From contig OZ244786.1 in NCBI GenBank assembly GCA_965219675.1, positions 3,420,494-3,484,493 on the forward strand: a DNA stretch of 64,000 nt, given 5' to 3'. Made by a program: the position numbers and the translations under genes. The notes beneath the pieces are model-generated. The model made no database searches. It saw nothing but the letters and a program-made list of their open reading frames with translations, and was not told the DNA's origin. Of the stretch, positions 1 through 9,473 are shown in pieces. Within the stretch, counting starts at the first letter, position 1. Every line of letters begins with the position of its first letter. The stretch comes from Candidatus Multivorans sp. (GTDB lineage: Bacteria > Acidobacteriota > Thermoanaerobaculia > Multivoradales > Multivoraceae).

Positions 1-101
1 CCCGTCTCGGCCTGATTCCGGACCGGGTTCATACTGCCTGGGCCCAGATCGGGCCCTTCCCTCCGTTCGGGCGAAGCGTCCGGGGCCCGGGAGCCGAGTG
101 A
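1..101 (+). CDS. 3' end of an upstream gene (partial; possibly DUF4390-like, often found upstream of ntrY)
   Basis: Frame from position 3 is open (RLGLIPDRVHTAW...) to TGA at 99-101, 1 nt before the ntrY start. Family call rests on context only. Confidence 0.3.
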   Translation, partial: RLGLIPDRVHTAWAQIGPFPPFGRSVRGPGAE

Positions 102-102
102 C

Positions 103-2352
103 GTGACCACGTCGCAGACCGTCCCGCCGCGCTCGTTGCGCGAACTGATCAAGAGCAACCGCTTCGTGGTCTGGCTGCTGGTCCTCGCCCTCGCGGTGCC
201 GACCGCCGGCTACTACGCGCTCCAGCGCGGACGCGAGATCGATCCCACGGTCCTCAACAACAGCATCCTCCTGTTCGCCCTGCGCAACCTGAACGTGGTG
301 CTGATCCTGATCGTCGTCTTCGTTCTGGTCCGCAATCTGACCAAGCTGTGGATCGAGCGGCGGCGGCAACGTCTCGGCGCGAAGTTCCGCACCAAGCTGA
401 TCCTGACCTACATCGGCCTGTCGCTGATTCCGGGACTGGTCCTCTTCGCCTACGCGACCGAACTCCTGCAGGGTTCGATCGACCGCATGTTCCGCACGGA
501 CATCGACGACCTCCTCGAACCGGCGAACCAGGTCTCCCAGGCGCTCACGTCCACCCACCAGGACCAGTTGCTGCGCGACGCGGGACGTTTCCTCAGCGAC
601 ACGGCCGACCTCGATCTCGAGGACCCCAGAGGCCGGGGCCGCCTGTTGCGCGCCCTCGGTCAAGCCCTGTCCTCGGACGACCTGGACTACCTGGCCGTGT
701 ACCGGGACACGACCTTCCTGCACGCCACGGTCAACCCGCAGACCCTGTCCGAAGTGCCCGAACCGACGCGCGGCATGCTTCTGGAAGCGATCCGCACCGG
801 GGCCGCGCGGGCAATCGGTCAGGTCTCCGGCAGGGAGGAGCGCCTGATCCTGGCGGCGGCCGCCACGGACGGCGCCGCTCAATCCACCGTGGCGGTCGCG
901 GGCAGGCTGCTCGACGCCGAGCTCGCCGGCAACACGGAGACCCTGATCGGCGCCTACCAGTCGCGACGGCAACTGCACGCCCAACGCGACGAGATACGGG
1001 CCGCGTACTGGCTCCTGTTCCTCACCGTCACCCTGTGCATCCTGCTCGTCTCCTGCTGGGTCGGCCTCTATCTCGCCGGCCGGGTGACCGGACCGATCGA
1101 AGCGCTGGCCGACGGCACCCGGCGTATCGCCGGCGGCGACCTGGAACACCGGGTCGAGGCGGCCGCCGACGATGAGGTCCAGGTGCTGGTCGACTCGTTC
1201 AATCGGATGACGGACGCGCTCCAGGACTCGAACCGCGATCTCGTCGCCACGAATCGCCGTCTGGACGCCGAACGCGCGCGGATCGAGGCGGTACTGGAGA
1301 GCGGTCCGGCCGGCGTCCTGTCGCTCGATCGCGACGGCCGGATCCTGACCTGCAACCGCGCCGCCCTCGACATGCTGGGCCTGCCGGAGGACACGGCCCT
1401 CGCCGGTGCGCCGCCGGAAGCCCTGAGCGAGCTGCAGCCCGATCGTGGAATCGAGGCTGTCTTCGCCGACCTCCCGGACGCCGCCGGGCCGCGCCGCCCG
1501 CAAGCGGTGCCGACCCGTCGCGAGGTCAGTCTGGGCGGCAAGGACGACTGGAAGACGCTCGAGGTAAAGACGAGTCCCCTGCGTGCCCCGAGAGGCGGGC
1601 GCGGCTTCGAGCTGCTCGGCCACGTCATCGTGATCGAGGATCTGACCGCCCTCCTGGACGCCCAGAAGGCCGCCACCTGGACGGAGGCGGCGCGGCGCAT
1701 CGCGCACGAGATCAAGAACCCGCTGACGCCGATCAGGCTGGCGGCCGAACGCATGCTGCGCAAGGCGAAGAACAACGACAGGAGCCTGGAAGCCACGATC
1801 GAGGAGGGGTCATCCATCATCGTGCGCGAGGTGGGCAACATGCTGAACCTCGTTGACGAGTTCGCGCGCTACGCCCGCATGCGCCGACCCCAGCCGCGCG
1901 AAGTCGACGTGGAACGCCTGATCGGCGAGACCGTCGATCTCTACCGCGAACTGAAGCCGGGCGTCCAAGTCGAGGCCCGGATCGAAGCAGGGACCGACGG
2001 TCTGCACGCCACGCTCGACGCCGACCAGATGCGCTCCGCTCTCGTCAACCTGCTCGACAACGCGATCGCCGCGACCACCCCGCCCGGACAGGTCACGGTC
2101 CGCGCCGGCCGCAGCAACGGTGTCCTGGACCTGTCGGTCAGCGACACGGGCAGCGGCGTGCCGAAGGCGGCGCGCGAGAAACTCTTCCTGCCCTACTTCT
2201 CCACGAAGGGACGCGGTTCCGGGCTTGGGCTCGCTATCGTCCAGCGAATCGTCAGCGACCACAACGGCTCGATCCGGATCGAGGACAACCAGCCACGCGG
2301 TACGACCTTCGCCATCGAGTTACCGCAGGACAGCGGTCCCGCCCCAACCTGA
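103..2352 (+). CDS. ntrY: NtrY-like sensor histidine kinase (TM, HAMP, PAS, HisKA, HATPase)
   Basis: H-box ARRIAHEIKNPLTPI, N-box NLLDNA, G-boxes DTGSG and YFSTKGRGSGLGL, HAMP GDLEHRV...DEV, N-terminal TM helices. Confidence 0.88.
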   Translation: MTTSQTVPPRSLRELIKSNRFVVWLLVLALAVPTAGYYALQRGREIDPTVLNNSILLFALRNLNVVLILIVVFVLVRNLTKLWIERRRQRLGAKFRTKLILTYIGLSLIPGLVLFAYATELLQGSIDRMFRTDIDDLLEPANQVSQALTSTHQDQLLRDAGRFLSDTADLDLEDPRGRGRLLRALGQALSSDDLDYLAVYRDTTFLHATVNPQTLSEVPEPTRGMLLEAIRTGAARAIGQVSGREERLILAAAATDGAAQSTVAVAGRLLDAELAGNTETLIGAYQSRRQLHAQRDEIRAAYWLLFLTVTLCILLVSCWVGLYLAGRVTGPIEALADGTRRIAGGDLEHRVEAAADDEVQVLVDSFNRMTDALQDSNRDLVATNRRLDAERARIEAVLESGPAGVLSLDRDGRILTCNRAALDMLGLPEDTALAGAPPEALSELQPDRGIEAVFADLPDAAGPRRPQAVPTRREVSLGGKDDWKTLEVKTSPLRAPRGGRGFELLGHVIVIEDLTALLDAQKAATWTEAARRIAHEIKNPLTPIRLAAERMLRKAKNNDRSLEATIEEGSSIIVREVGNMLNLVDEFARYARMRRPQPREVDVERLIGETVDLYRELKPGVQVEARIEAGTDGLHATLDADQMRSALVNLLDNAIAATTPPGQVTVRAGRSNGVLDLSVSDTGSGVPKAAREKLFLPYFSTKGRGSGLGLAIVQRIVSDHNGSIRIEDNQPRGTTFAIELPQDSGPAPT

Positions 2353-2362
2353 AGAACGCACC

Positions 2363-3730
2363 GTGAGCAGAGCACGCATCCTCGTCGTCGACGACGAGGC
2401 CGGCATCCGCCAGACGCTCAAGGGGATCCTCGAGGACGAGGGCCACTCGGTGACCACCGCCGCGGACGCGGTCAGCGGACGGGCGCTCATGTCGAGCGAC
2501 GAGTTCGACCTGATCCTGCTCGACGTGTGGCTGCCCGACCGCGACGGCCTGGACCTGCTCTCGGACCTTCGTGAGGGAGAGTTCACAACACCCGTGATCG
2601 TGATCTCGGGCCACGGCAACATCGACACGGCGGTCAAGGCGATGCGGATCGGCGCTCACGACTTCCTCGAGAAGCCCCTGGCGCTGAACCGGGTGATCGT
2701 CTCGGTGGAGAACGCGCTCGAGCGCAACCGCCTCAAGCAGGAGGTTCGGGAACTCTCCAGCCGGCTCGATCCGGAGCGGCACCTGATCGGCGACTCGGAG
2801 CCGATGCGGGAACTGGGGCGCGACCTGGAGCTCGCCGCGCGGGCCGAGAGCCGCATCCTGATCACCGGCGAGAACGGAACCGGCAAGGAGCTCGTCGCCC
2901 GTCGGGTCCACAACCTCTCGAAACGCAGCGACAGCGCCTTCGTCGAAGTGAACTGCGCCGCGATACCGGAAGAACTGATCGAGAGCGAACTCTTCGGACA
3001 CGTCAAGGGCGCCTTCACCGGCGCATCCGGAAACCGCCGCGGGCGCTTCGAACAGGCCAATGGAGGCACGCTCTTCCTCGACGAGATCGCGGACATGTCG
3101 CTGAACACGCAGGCCAAGGTCCTGCGGGTGCTCGAAGAGCAGCGCTTCGAACGCGTCGGCGGCAGCGACCCGATCGAAGTCGACGTGCGCGTCCTGGCGG
3201 CGACGAACAAGGACCTGGAGGGAGACGAACTCCCGGCCGGACGGTTCCGCGAGGACCTCTACTTCCGGCTGGCCGTGATTCCCCTCCACGTGCCGGCCCT
3301 GCGCGAGCGCCGTGAGGACATTCCGGCCCTGGTCGACCACTTTCTCAGGCGCTTCGCGGCCGAGGCCGGCCGCCGCCCCAAGACGGTCGACGAGAACGTG
3401 CTCGAACGCCTGGTGGCCTACTCCTGGCCCGGCAACGTGCGCGAACTGCGCAACCTGACCGAGCGACTCATGATCATGGCGCCGGAGAACGTGGTCGGCC
3501 TTGCTGATCTTCCGCCGCGGATCCGCGGCGCGGACGCGATCGCTCCGGTCGAGCAGGACTACGGGTCGCTCAAGGAGGCGCGGGAGGCCTTCGAGCGCCT
3601 GTACATCGAGCGCTGCCTGGTCGCCGCCGGCGGCAACGTCTCCCGGACCGCCCGGGAACTCGGCATCGATCGCCGCCACCTGTACCGCAAACTCAGGGCC
3701 TACGGCATCGACCCGGAGCGCGGCCAGTGA
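2363..3730 (+). CDS. ntrX: Sigma-54-dependent response regulator, NtrX/NtrC family (REC-AAA+-Fis HTH)
   Basis: GTG start at 2363; ILVVDDE receiver, GENGTGKE Walker A, GAFTGA, LFLDEI, WPGNVREL, C-terminal HTH; directly downstream of ntrY. Confidence 0.88.
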   Translation: MSRARILVVDDEAGIRQTLKGILEDEGHSVTTAADAVSGRALMSSDEFDLILLDVWLPDRDGLDLLSDLREGEFTTPVIVISGHGNIDTAVKAMRIGAHDFLEKPLALNRVIVSVENALERNRLKQEVRELSSRLDPERHLIGDSEPMRELGRDLELAARAESRILITGENGTGKELVARRVHNLSKRSDSAFVEVNCAAIPEELIESELFGHVKGAFTGASGNRRGRFEQANGGTLFLDEIADMSLNTQAKVLRVLEEQRFERVGGSDPIEVDVRVLAATNKDLEGDELPAGRFREDLYFRLAVIPLHVPALRERREDIPALVDHFLRRFAAEAGRRPKTVDENVLERLVAYSWPGNVRELRNLTERLMIMAPENVVGLADLPPRIRGADAIAPVEQDYGSLKEAREAFERLYIERCLVAAGGNVSRTARELGIDRRHLYRKLRAYGIDPERGQ

Positions 3731-3740
3731 AGCCGGCGCC

Positions 3741-5648
3741 GTGAAGCGGTTCGTCGTCGGCACCGCCGGCCACGTCGACCACGGCAAGACCCGGCTTGTC
3801 GAGGCCCTGACCGGGGTCGACTGCGACCGCTGGGAAGAAGAGAAACGGCGCGGTATCACGATCGACCTCGGTTTCGCGTCGATGATCGAGGACGGCTGGC
3901 AGATCGGCTTCGTCGACGTGCCCGGCCACGAACGGTTCGTACGCAATGCCCTCGCGGGACTGGGCGGGATCCAGATGATGGCCCTCGTCGTGGCTGCGGA
4001 CGAAGGCGTCATGCCCCAGACCCTGGAGCACCTCGCGATCTGCTCGCTGCTCCGGATTCCGGCCGGCGTGGCCGTGCTCTCGAAGACCGATCTGGTGGCA
4101 CCCGACCTGCTGGAACTGGCGCAGTTGGAGCTCGAGGAAACGCTCGCCGACACGCCGTTCGCCGAAGCCCCCATCCTGCCGGTCTCGGCCGAGACCGGAG
4201 CAGGCCTGGAAGAACTTCGCGGCACGCTCGTCCGCCTCGCCGGCGAGGCGACGCCGCTCGACCGCCACAGCGGACTCCCGGCCCGACTGCCGGTCGACCG
4301 CGCCTTCCATCTCAAGGGCCTCGGCGTGCTGGTCACCGGCACTCTGGCCAGGGGAACGATCGTGGCCGGCGACGAACTCGACGTCCTGCCGTCGGGAACC
4401 CGCGCCCGAGTGCGCAGCATCGAAGTCCACGGCGAGAGCCGCGAGCGGGCCGAGGCGGGCGAACGCACCTCCCTGCAACTCGTCGGCGTCGGCCTGGACG
4501 ACGTCGCCCGGGGTCACGAACTGACGGCGCCGGGCATCTACCGGCCCGTGTCCTCCCTGCTCGTCCGCTGCCGGCTCCTGGCGTCGGCGCCCGAGGCGCT
4601 CCAGGGAAGCTGCTCCGTGCGGCTTCACGTGCTGGCCTCCCAGCGGGTCGGCAAGCTGCGGCCCCTGTCACCGGAGACCCTCGAGCCGGGCGGCGAGGCG
4701 ATAGCGGAGATCCGCCTCGAGGAGCCGCTGGTGGCGATCCGGGGCGATCGCTTCGTGATCCGCCGGCCCTCGCCACAGACCACCCTCGGCGGCGGCGAGG
4801 TGCTGGACCCGGCCTGGCAGCACCGCCGCGGCAAGGCCCTCGGGAAGAGGATCGCCGCCCTGACCGCTGGCCCCGGCGAGGCTGCCGTGCAGTGGGCGGC
4901 CGATGGCCGAGAGGCCGGCCTGGCAACCTCCGAACTCGCCTTGCGCCTGGGTGTCGCCTCGAGCGAGGCGGCGGAGGTGCTGACCGGAGCCGTCCAGGAC
5001 GGGCTGCTGCTCGAAGCGGGCCCAGGACGGTTCGTCACCGCCGCCACCGTCCGCACCGCCTCGCGCCGCGCCCGCCGGCTGGTCGAGGCCCATTTCGCCG
5101 CCGACCGCCTGTCCCGCGGCATGCCCAAGGCCGAGCTCGTGAGGCGCCTGCTAGGCACCCATGCCACCGACCTCGCCTCCGCCTATCTCAACTGGGCGAG
5201 CCAGGGCGGTTCGGACGAGGCCGTGGCCGTCGAAGGGGAACTCGTCACCCTGCCCGGACGTACCGGCGAACTGACCGAAGTCGAATCGAAGCTCGCCAGG
5301 GCCATCGTCGAGGGATTCGAGAGACAGGGACTGACCCCGGGCTCGCCCGAGGAGCTTTGCCGCAACCTCGGCGCCAAGCCCCAGGTCTATGGCGGCGTGC
5401 TGCGCTACCTCGTCGAACGCGGCAGGCTCGCCCGGCTCCCGAACGGCCTCGTCCTGGCCGCCAGCGCCCTGGAGCAGTTCCGGGCCGACCTGCTCGCCAC
5501 CGGCTGGGACACGTTCACCGTCGCCGAGTTCAAGGACCGCTTCGGCCTCACCCGCAAGTGGGCGATTCCGCTGCTCGAGCACCTCGACCGCCAGCGTCTG
5601 ACGCGGCGGGAGGGGGACCGGCGGCGGGTGCTGCGACCTCGGAGCTAG
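3741..5648 (+). CDS. selB: Selenocysteine-specific translation elongation factor
   Basis: GTAGHVDHGKT, EEKRRGITIDLGF, DVPGHERF, C-terminal winged helix TRKWAIPLLEHLD; GTG start at 3741. Confidence 0.95.
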   Translation: MKRFVVGTAGHVDHGKTRLVEALTGVDCDRWEEEKRRGITIDLGFASMIEDGWQIGFVDVPGHERFVRNALAGLGGIQMMALVVAADEGVMPQTLEHLAICSLLRIPAGVAVLSKTDLVAPDLLELAQLELEETLADTPFAEAPILPVSAETGAGLEELRGTLVRLAGEATPLDRHSGLPARLPVDRAFHLKGLGVLVTGTLARGTIVAGDELDVLPSGTRARVRSIEVHGESRERAEAGERTSLQLVGVGLDDVARGHELTAPGIYRPVSSLLVRCRLLASAPEALQGSCSVRLHVLASQRVGKLRPLSPETLEPGGEAIAEIRLEEPLVAIRGDRFVIRRPSPQTTLGGGEVLDPAWQHRRGKALGKRIAALTAGPGEAAVQWAADGREAGLATSELALRLGVASSEAAEVLTGAVQDGLLLEAGPGRFVTAATVRTASRRARRLVEAHFAADRLSRGMPKAELVRRLLGTHATDLASAYLNWASQGGSDEAVAVEGELVTLPGRTGELTEVESKLARAIVEGFERQGLTPGSPEELCRNLGAKPQVYGGVLRYLVERGRLARLPNGLVLAASALEQFRADLLATGWDTFTVAEFKDRFGLTRKWAIPLLEHLDRQRLTRREGDRRRVLRPRS

Positions 5649-5685
5649 AGGCGGCCCGCTGGTAACCTGCTCCATCGAAAGGGGC

Positions 5686-6720
5686 ATGACCGTGACCAGC
5701 AACAACCCGATGTCCTTCGGTGTGGTCCTGCAACCCGACCCGCCGGTCGACCGCGTCGTGGAACTGGCGGCTATCGCCGAAGGCCGGGGATTCGACCAAT
5801 GCTGGCTCTTCGACTCCCACGTCCTGTGGCCGGAACCGTTCGTCATCTTCTCGCAGATCCTGGCGAGCACGGAGCGGATGGCGGTCGGCCCGATGGTGAC
5901 GAACCCCGGCACGCGCGACGCGACGGTGCTGGCCTCGCTGTTCGCGACGCTCGACTCGATGTATCCCGGGCGAACCAGATGCGCGATGGGGCGGGGAGAT
6001 TCGGCGCTCCGCTACATCGGGCGACGGCCGGAATCGCTGTCGGCCGCGGTGGACGCGATGGATGTCATCCGGGCGCTGTTCGCGGGCCGGGAGGCGGACT
6101 GCAACGGAACGGCAGTGCGGATCCCCTGGCGCGAGGAGAGCGGCGCCGAGTTGCCGATCTGGTTCGCGGCCTACGGCCCGAAGGCGCTGGACACCGTGGG
6201 CCGCCACGCCGACGGCTTCGTGCTTCAACTGGCCGACCCGAAGATCCTCGAGTGGACCCTGCAGGCGGTGCGGGACGCGGCCGAGGACGAGGGCCGCGAC
6301 CCTGACGCAATCTCGGTCTGCGTGGTGGCCCCGGCGTATGTCGGCGACGACCTGGCCCATCAGCGGGACCAGTTGCGCTGGTTCGGCGGCATGGTCGGCA
6401 ACCACATCCACGACCTCGTCGTTCGCTACGGTGAAGACGAATCGAAGGTGCCGGGGGTGCTCGCCGAGTACATCCGCCAACGGCAGGGGTACGACTACTC
6501 TCACCACGGCCGGAGCGGCAACCCGGACACGGAGTTCGTGCCCGACGGCATCGTCGATCGCCTGTGCGTCCTCGGCCCGGCGGAGGCCCATATCGAGAAG
6601 TTGCGGGAGCTGAAGTCGCTGGGCGTCGACCACTTCGCCGTCTACCTGATGCACGACGACAAGGAAGGCACGCTTGGCGCGTACGGCGAGCGGGTGATCC
6701 CGGCCCTTGCGGGCGGCTAG
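5686..6720 (+). CDS. LLM-class (luciferase-like) oxidoreductase, probable F420-dependent TIGR03842 family
   Basis: FGVVLQPDPP, FDSHVLWPEPF, GPMVTNPGTRD, GRGDSA, WFGGMVGNH, YDYSHHG, YLMHD motifs; alternative start at 5710. Confidence 0.82.
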   Translation: MTVTSNNPMSFGVVLQPDPPVDRVVELAAIAEGRGFDQCWLFDSHVLWPEPFVIFSQILASTERMAVGPMVTNPGTRDATVLASLFATLDSMYPGRTRCAMGRGDSALRYIGRRPESLSAAVDAMDVIRALFAGREADCNGTAVRIPWREESGAELPIWFAAYGPKALDTVGRHADGFVLQLADPKILEWTLQAVRDAAEDEGRDPDAISVCVVAPAYVGDDLAHQRDQLRWFGGMVGNHIHDLVVRYGEDESKVPGVLAEYIRQRQGYDYSHHGRSGNPDTEFVPDGIVDRLCVLGPAEAHIEKLRELKSLGVDHFAVYLMHDDKEGTLGAYGERVIPALAGG

Positions 6721-9402
6721 CTAGGCCTTCGCTTCGTACCAGTCGGAGCCGGTGCCGACGTCGACGACGAGGGGCACGGCGAGGTCGGCCACGCCTTCCA
6801 TCTCATCCCTGACGATCGCCGCAAGGTCCTCGATCGCGCCGGACGGCGCCTCGAGCACGAGTTCGTCGTGGACGGTCAGGAGCAGCCTCGCGGCGTCCAG
6901 TTCAGCCCGCAGCCGGCGGTCGACGGCGATCATCGCCAGCTTCAGCAAATCCGCGGCGGTGCCCTGAATCCGGGCGTTGACGGCCATCCTGCGCGTGTTC
7001 TCACGCACCGCGCGGTTGCGGCTCTTGATGTCCGGCAGGTAGCGCACCCGGCCGTAGAGGGTCTCGACGCGGAGTTCCTCCTCGGCCTGCGCCAGGGTCC
7101 GCTCGGTGTAGGCACGCACGCCGGGGAAGCGGTCGAAGTACGCGTCAATGAAGTTCTGGGCCTCGCCGCGCGCTATGCCGAGGGCGCGCGCGAGGCCGAA
7201 GGCGCTCATGCCGTAGATGATCCCGAAGTTGATCGTCTTCGAGGCGCGCCGCTGCTCGTCCGTGACCAGCTCCGGAGCAACGCCGAACACGGTGGCGGCG
7301 GTCGAACGATGAATGTCGCCGCCGTGCTGGAAGATGTCGATCAGCGTGTCGTCGCCCGAGATGTGCGCGAGCACCCGCAGCTCGATCTGGCTGTAGTCCG
7401 CTACCAGTAGCAGATACCCGTCGCGGGCACGGAAGGCGCGGCGTACCTGGCGCCCGATGTCCGTGCGGATCGGGATGTTCTGCAGGTTCGGGTCGTGCGA
7501 AGACAGCCGGCCCGTCGCGGCTACCGCCTGGTGGTAGCGGGTGTGCAGGCGGCCGTCCGCAGCGACCAGGTTCGGCAGCGCGTCGACGTAGGTCGACCTG
7601 AGCTTGGTCAGCTCGCGGTAGTGCAGCACCTTGGCGGGTGCCTCGTGACCCTGCCGGGCGAGCTGTTCCAGCACGTCGGCACCGGTCTTGTACTTCTTCG
7701 TCTTGCGGGTACGGCCGGGCGCCGGCAGACCCATGTGCTCAAACAGGACAACGCCGAGCTGCTGCGGTGACAGGATGTTGAAGGTCTCGCCGGCAGCTTT
7801 GAATATGTCCTCTGCCAGGACGCCGGCCTTCCGCTCCAGCTCCCGCGACATGTCGGCGAGCACGTCGACGTCGAGCTCGATGCCCTCCTCCTCCATCGCC
7901 GCCAGCACTGGCATCAGGGGCGCCTCGATCCGCTCGTAGACCTTTTGCGCACCCGGCGTCTCCTGCCACTGCGGAGCGAGCGCCTCGAGGATCAGGGCGG
8001 GGAGCACGGCCTGCTCCGCCGCGTAGACGGCGAGTCCGGCGTCCTCGCCCAGTGCCGCGGTCCCTTCAGCCAACCCCGCGTCCGCCGGCGTCGTCGCCTT
8101 GTAGAACAGGCGGTCGAGGGCAACGGTCGCCAGTCCGAAGCTCCGCACCGCGGAGTGAACGAGATAGGCCATCAGCATCGTGTCGACCAGGCGCGCCGCG
8201 ACCCGTGGCCGACCCTCCTCGTGAGGACAGAGGCGGACAACTTCCTTCAGGTCGTGCCCGATCAGTTCGAGACCGGGGTCGGCAAGCCATTTCCGCAACC
8301 TGGCCGCCGCGGCCTCCCGCAGGCCGGGGCGCGCGAAGTCGGCGAAGCAGGCGCGGCCGACCGCGGCCGTTGCTTCACCGTCTTCGTTCGCCGCGCCCTC
8401 GACGGCCGCGAACGAGAGCCCGACCGGTACGCCGCCGCGCCGGAAGACGACGCCGACCGCGATCCGCTTTCCCAAGGCCCCTACAGCCTCGTCGAACGCC
8501 TCGACGCCCTCCAGAACGAGCGCCGGCTCGATCTCCGGACCGCCGCTCTCGCTCTCGAGCTCCTTGAGCAGGCTCCAGAACTCGAACTCCCGGCACAGTT
8601 CCGCCAGGGCCTCGTAGTCTGGCGCCTCCATCTGGAGCGCCTCGGGGTCGAAGGGGACATCGAGATCCGTGTGGATCGTGGTCAGCTCCTTCGACAGCAC
8701 GGCCTTGTCCGCGTGCTCCTGGAGACCTTCGCGGTACGCCTTGCGCTTGAGCTCCGGCGCCGCCTCGAGCAGAGCCTCCACGGAACCGTACTCGCGCACC
8801 AGCGTCTGCGCGCCCTTGGCGCCGATTCCCGGCACGCCGGGAACATTGTCCACCTTGTCTCCGACCAGTGCGAGGACGTCGACCACCTGCCCGGGCGGCA
8901 CGCCGAAGTCCTGCTCCACCAGGGCCGGGTCGTAGGTCTTGTCGCGCCCCGTGTGAAGCAGCGACACGCGGTCGTTCACGAGCTGGAAAAGGTCCTTGTC
9001 GGCGCTCACGATCGTCACGTCGTAGCCCGCCTCCCGCGCCTTCTTGCCGAGGGTACCGAGCACATCGTCCGCCTCGTAGCGCTCCAGTTCGAGGATCGGG
9101 ATGCGGAACGCCTCGATCGCCCGTCGGATCGCCGGCATCTGCGCCTTCAGGTCCTCCGGCATCGGCGCCCGGTTGGCCTTGTACTCCGCGTACGCCTCGG
9201 TGCGCACCGTGGCGCGGCCGACGTCCAGCGCGATGCCCAGGAGCGGCGGTTCCTCCTCCCGCAACAGCTTGCGCAGCATGTTGATGAAGCCGTAGATCGC
9301 GTTCGTCGGTTCGCCGGCGGACGTCGACAGTCCCCGGATCGCGTAGAACGCCCGGAAGATCGTGGAGTACCCGTCGATCAGGAAGAGACGCTTGGCGGTC
9401 AC
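6721..9402 (-). CDS. polA: DNA polymerase I
   Basis: 5'-3' exonuclease LIDGYS..FRAFYA, EADDVLGT; polymerase motifs DYSQIELRVLAH, KTINFGIIYG, TVHDEL; probable GTG start at 9402. Confidence 0.97.
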   Translation of the reverse strand: MTAKRLFLIDGYSTIFRAFYAIRGLSTSAGEPTNAIYGFINMLRKLLREEEPPLLGIALDVGRATVRTEAYAEYKANRAPMPEDLKAQMPAIRRAIEAFRIPILELERYEADDVLGTLGKKAREAGYDVTIVSADKDLFQLVNDRVSLLHTGRDKTYDPALVEQDFGVPPGQVVDVLALVGDKVDNVPGVPGIGAKGAQTLVREYGSVEALLEAAPELKRKAYREGLQEHADKAVLSKELTTIHTDLDVPFDPEALQMEAPDYEALAELCREFEFWSLLKELESESGGPEIEPALVLEGVEAFDEAVGALGKRIAVGVVFRRGGVPVGLSFAAVEGAANEDGEATAAVGRACFADFARPGLREAAAARLRKWLADPGLELIGHDLKEVVRLCPHEEGRPRVAARLVDTMLMAYLVHSAVRSFGLATVALDRLFYKATTPADAGLAEGTAALGEDAGLAVYAAEQAVLPALILEALAPQWQETPGAQKVYERIEAPLMPVLAAMEEEGIELDVDVLADMSRELERKAGVLAEDIFKAAGETFNILSPQQLGVVLFEHMGLPAPGRTRKTKKYKTGADVLEQLARQGHEAPAKVLHYRELTKLRSTYVDALPNLVAADGRLHTRYHQAVAATGRLSSHDPNLQNIPIRTDIGRQVRRAFRARDGYLLLVADYSQIELRVLAHISGDDTLIDIFQHGGDIHRSTAATVFGVAPELVTDEQRRASKTINFGIIYGMSAFGLARALGIARGEAQNFIDAYFDRFPGVRAYTERTLAQAEEELRVETLYGRVRYLPDIKSRNRAVRENTRRMAVNARIQGTAADLLKLAMIAVDRRLRAELDAARLLLTVHDELVLEAPSGAIEDLAAIVRDEMEGVADLAVPLVVDVGTGSDWYEAKA

Positions 9403-9473
9403 GGCGGCGACTACTCTAGTCGCGCCCGGGCATAGAATTGCCCGGTCACGGACCGCAACGGTCGCACCGAGCC

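Noticed and set aside
3731-5700. tRNA-Sec (selC) or SECIS-containing selenoprotein near selB
   Set aside because: Intergenic gaps are too short and no in-frame TGA readthrough candidate was seen.
6713-6728. Zero-gap convergent stop codons forming the palindrome CTAGCTAG
   Set aside because: A trivial consequence of two abutting TAG stops; no terminator structure.
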